From: Fonticula alba ATCC 38817
Lineage: Eukaryota; Protista; Nucleariida
Direction: 5' to 3' (one strand)
Assembly: GCA_000388065.2 (NCBI GenBank)
Contig: KB932207.1
DNA length: 8,526 nucleotides
Shown here: piece after piece, positions 6,821-8,526 of the stretch
Layout: each line of letters opens with the position of its first letter
Position numbering within the stretch: position 1 is the first letter of the stretch
Position numbers and translations under genes: made by a program
Notes under the pieces: model-generated
Told to the model about the DNA's origin: nothing
Seen by the model: only the letters and a program-made list of their open reading frames with translations
Databases searched by the model: none

Positions 6821-7505
6821 GGGGGGGGGGGGGGGGGGGGACTAGTCCGCCCGGTCACCCCCTTTCAGGATGACTCTCGCGTAGAGCCCCCGGCCGGGGA
6901 GAAATGCGGAGACGCTAACGCGCCTGGCCGAGGCCCCCGCGCACCGCGAGAACGAGCCAGCGGCCGCCCGGCCGGGCCCGAGCCAACCAGAGCCAACCAG
7001 GCCGAGCGAGAAAGAAACAGCCCCCTGGGGGGCCATTCGCGGGCCCCCCCACTCAGCCGGCCATCCCCCCCGCTGATGTGCATGCGAAGAGGGCCCGACA
7101 AGTGCGCCCGGGGGATGTGCATTCGTGTATGCGGTGCGAGCAGCACAAGAGGGGACGAGAGAGCGTGAGGCCGGGCGACTGGTGGGTGGGGGGGGGGGGG
7201 GCCGGCAGCCGGCACCTCGAGATTGATCTAGCACCTTCGAGGGACCGGTCCGAGATATTCCCGACGCCGGGGCTTTTATTTTTCCAGGGCGGACGCCCGG
7301 CCGGCCGGCCGCATCCCTTTCCCCCACGTTCTCCGTGCCTGTGCGCCAGTAGATCGCGCCCCACAGGCAGCCGCGTTGCTCCCCCGCCCCCCCCCCGCTC
7401 TCCTGATGAGAGCTTCAGCCGGGAAGAACCGCCGAGAAGGCCTGTCCGGCGGGACCTGCCCGCCCCGCCCGGAAAAACCACAACAACCAATCTCGGTCGG
7501 TGTGT

Positions 7506-7511
<6 letters not shown>

Positions 7512-7547
<36 letters not shown>
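7512..7547. repeat. (AC)18 microsatellite
   Basis: Direct. Confidence 0.95.
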
Positions 7548-7550
<3 letters not shown>

Positions 7551-7781
7551 CACGCACACGGGCACGGCCTGGTCCCCCGGGCGGGCGGGGGAGGCCGGCA
7601 GCGCAGGCAACCAGAAGATTGGTGCTTGCGGACGGGCGGAAACATGCCACGATGTTGCGAGACACCCGGGAGGGGGAGAAAGGAGACCGAAGAGCCACCT
7701 CCCGGCCCGAGCACGTCGCGATCGTCCGGCGCCGGGATCCAGAGTGGGACATATGCCGGACAAAAGAAAGCGAGGCGGGGC

Positions 7782-7797
7782 GAGAGAGAGAGAGAGA
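7782..7797. repeat. (GA)8 microsatellite
   Basis: Direct. Confidence 0.9.
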
Positions 7798-8526
7798 GGG
7801 AGAGACACATTGAATCTTGCACCCATGAATACCCCACGGGGAAAGGGGGGCGGAACAGGGACCCGGCGCGGGGCCACACATCCGGGCCGCGCGCAGGCTC
7901 CCGGCTTAAATACCTCCGCACCGGGTCCCTCCCCGCCCGCGCGCCGCCCCGATGAGGCGACCTTGGTCATGGGCTCACTGTCTCAAGCCACCGAGACCAT
8001 CGCTTGTCCCTTGGTGGAGGCGCGCACGTTTTCAACACGCCAAAAGGAGATATTATTATTGTGCGAATATCTTGCCCTCCGTCTGCCGGCCGTTTACCTG
8101 GCGATCCTCCCCCCCCCCTTCCTCCCCGAGGGGCACCGCAACCATCCTGGAGGAGCCGAGGCCGCCCGCCGGAAAACCGCACGCCGTGCCGGCAGTCCAG
8201 CACACCAACACCCCGCCCCCCGGCTGGGCCGGCGGAATGATCTGGAAGCCATGCAGGACTGCCGGCGCATTGCACGCCCGGGTGGATCACGAGGGCAGCA
8301 TCACACGAAATCCCAGGGAGCGCGCGTTTTTGGAGATGGCGGGGATTTCCCCCGGGCATCGTCCGCCGGCGTCTGTTTTTGGGGGAGCGCGCGCGCGCGC
8401 GCCCGGGTTCGTGCTGCCTGCTGCCGCGCTCATCCCGGCCCGAGGGGGAGGGTGTATCTTCCCCGGCAGGGGACGCGCGGCTCATGCGGCCCGCCGCGGT
8501 GGCCGGATGCGGGGCAGGGGGGGGGG

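Noticed and set aside
7027-7049. Perfect 8-bp hairpin GGGGGGCC-ATTCGCG-GGCCCCCC as a terminator or structural RNA
   Set aside because: Made of G/C homopolymer arms that are common here, with no U tract. Its shared 13-mer with 125-137 is better explained by the acceptor-like motif.

Overview
GC-rich eukaryotic (probably protist or algal) genomic scaffold. The evidence is GT-AG spliceosomal introns, tRNA genes without encoded CCA followed by oligo-T tracts, and many microsatellites and G/C homopolymers. The organism cannot be assigned from sequence alone. Well supported: tRNA-Asp(GTC) at 267-338 (-), tRNA-Lys(CTT) at 2411-2483 (+), and one spliced + strand gene at about 3067-6598. I can phase exons 3274/3277-3436, 3570-4742, 5292-5347, 5502-5645 and 5786-6598 into a single frame. 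The gene carries only the C-terminal ~70 aa of a CitE/CLYBL-family (HpcH/HpaI aldolase/citrate lyase) protein, followed by ~710 aa of Ser/Ala/Gly/His/Gln low-complexity sequence. The catalytic N-terminal barrel is not visible in the window, and the 5' gene structure is unresolved across a 26-C run. Regions 1-2400 and 6821-8526 hold no protein I recognise, only splice-like signals and repeats. Most long ORFs in the track are GC or repeat artefacts or antisense shadows. There is a 10-N gap at 6811-6820, and the window starts and ends in G runs, so misassembly at homopolymers is a real caveat. No mobile element, CRISPR array or clearly new system is supported. The best leads are the truncated CitE fusion, a recurrent CG[AC]ATGG motif just before AG acceptors, and a TCCAGCA element shared upstream of both tRNAs and at an orphan third site.
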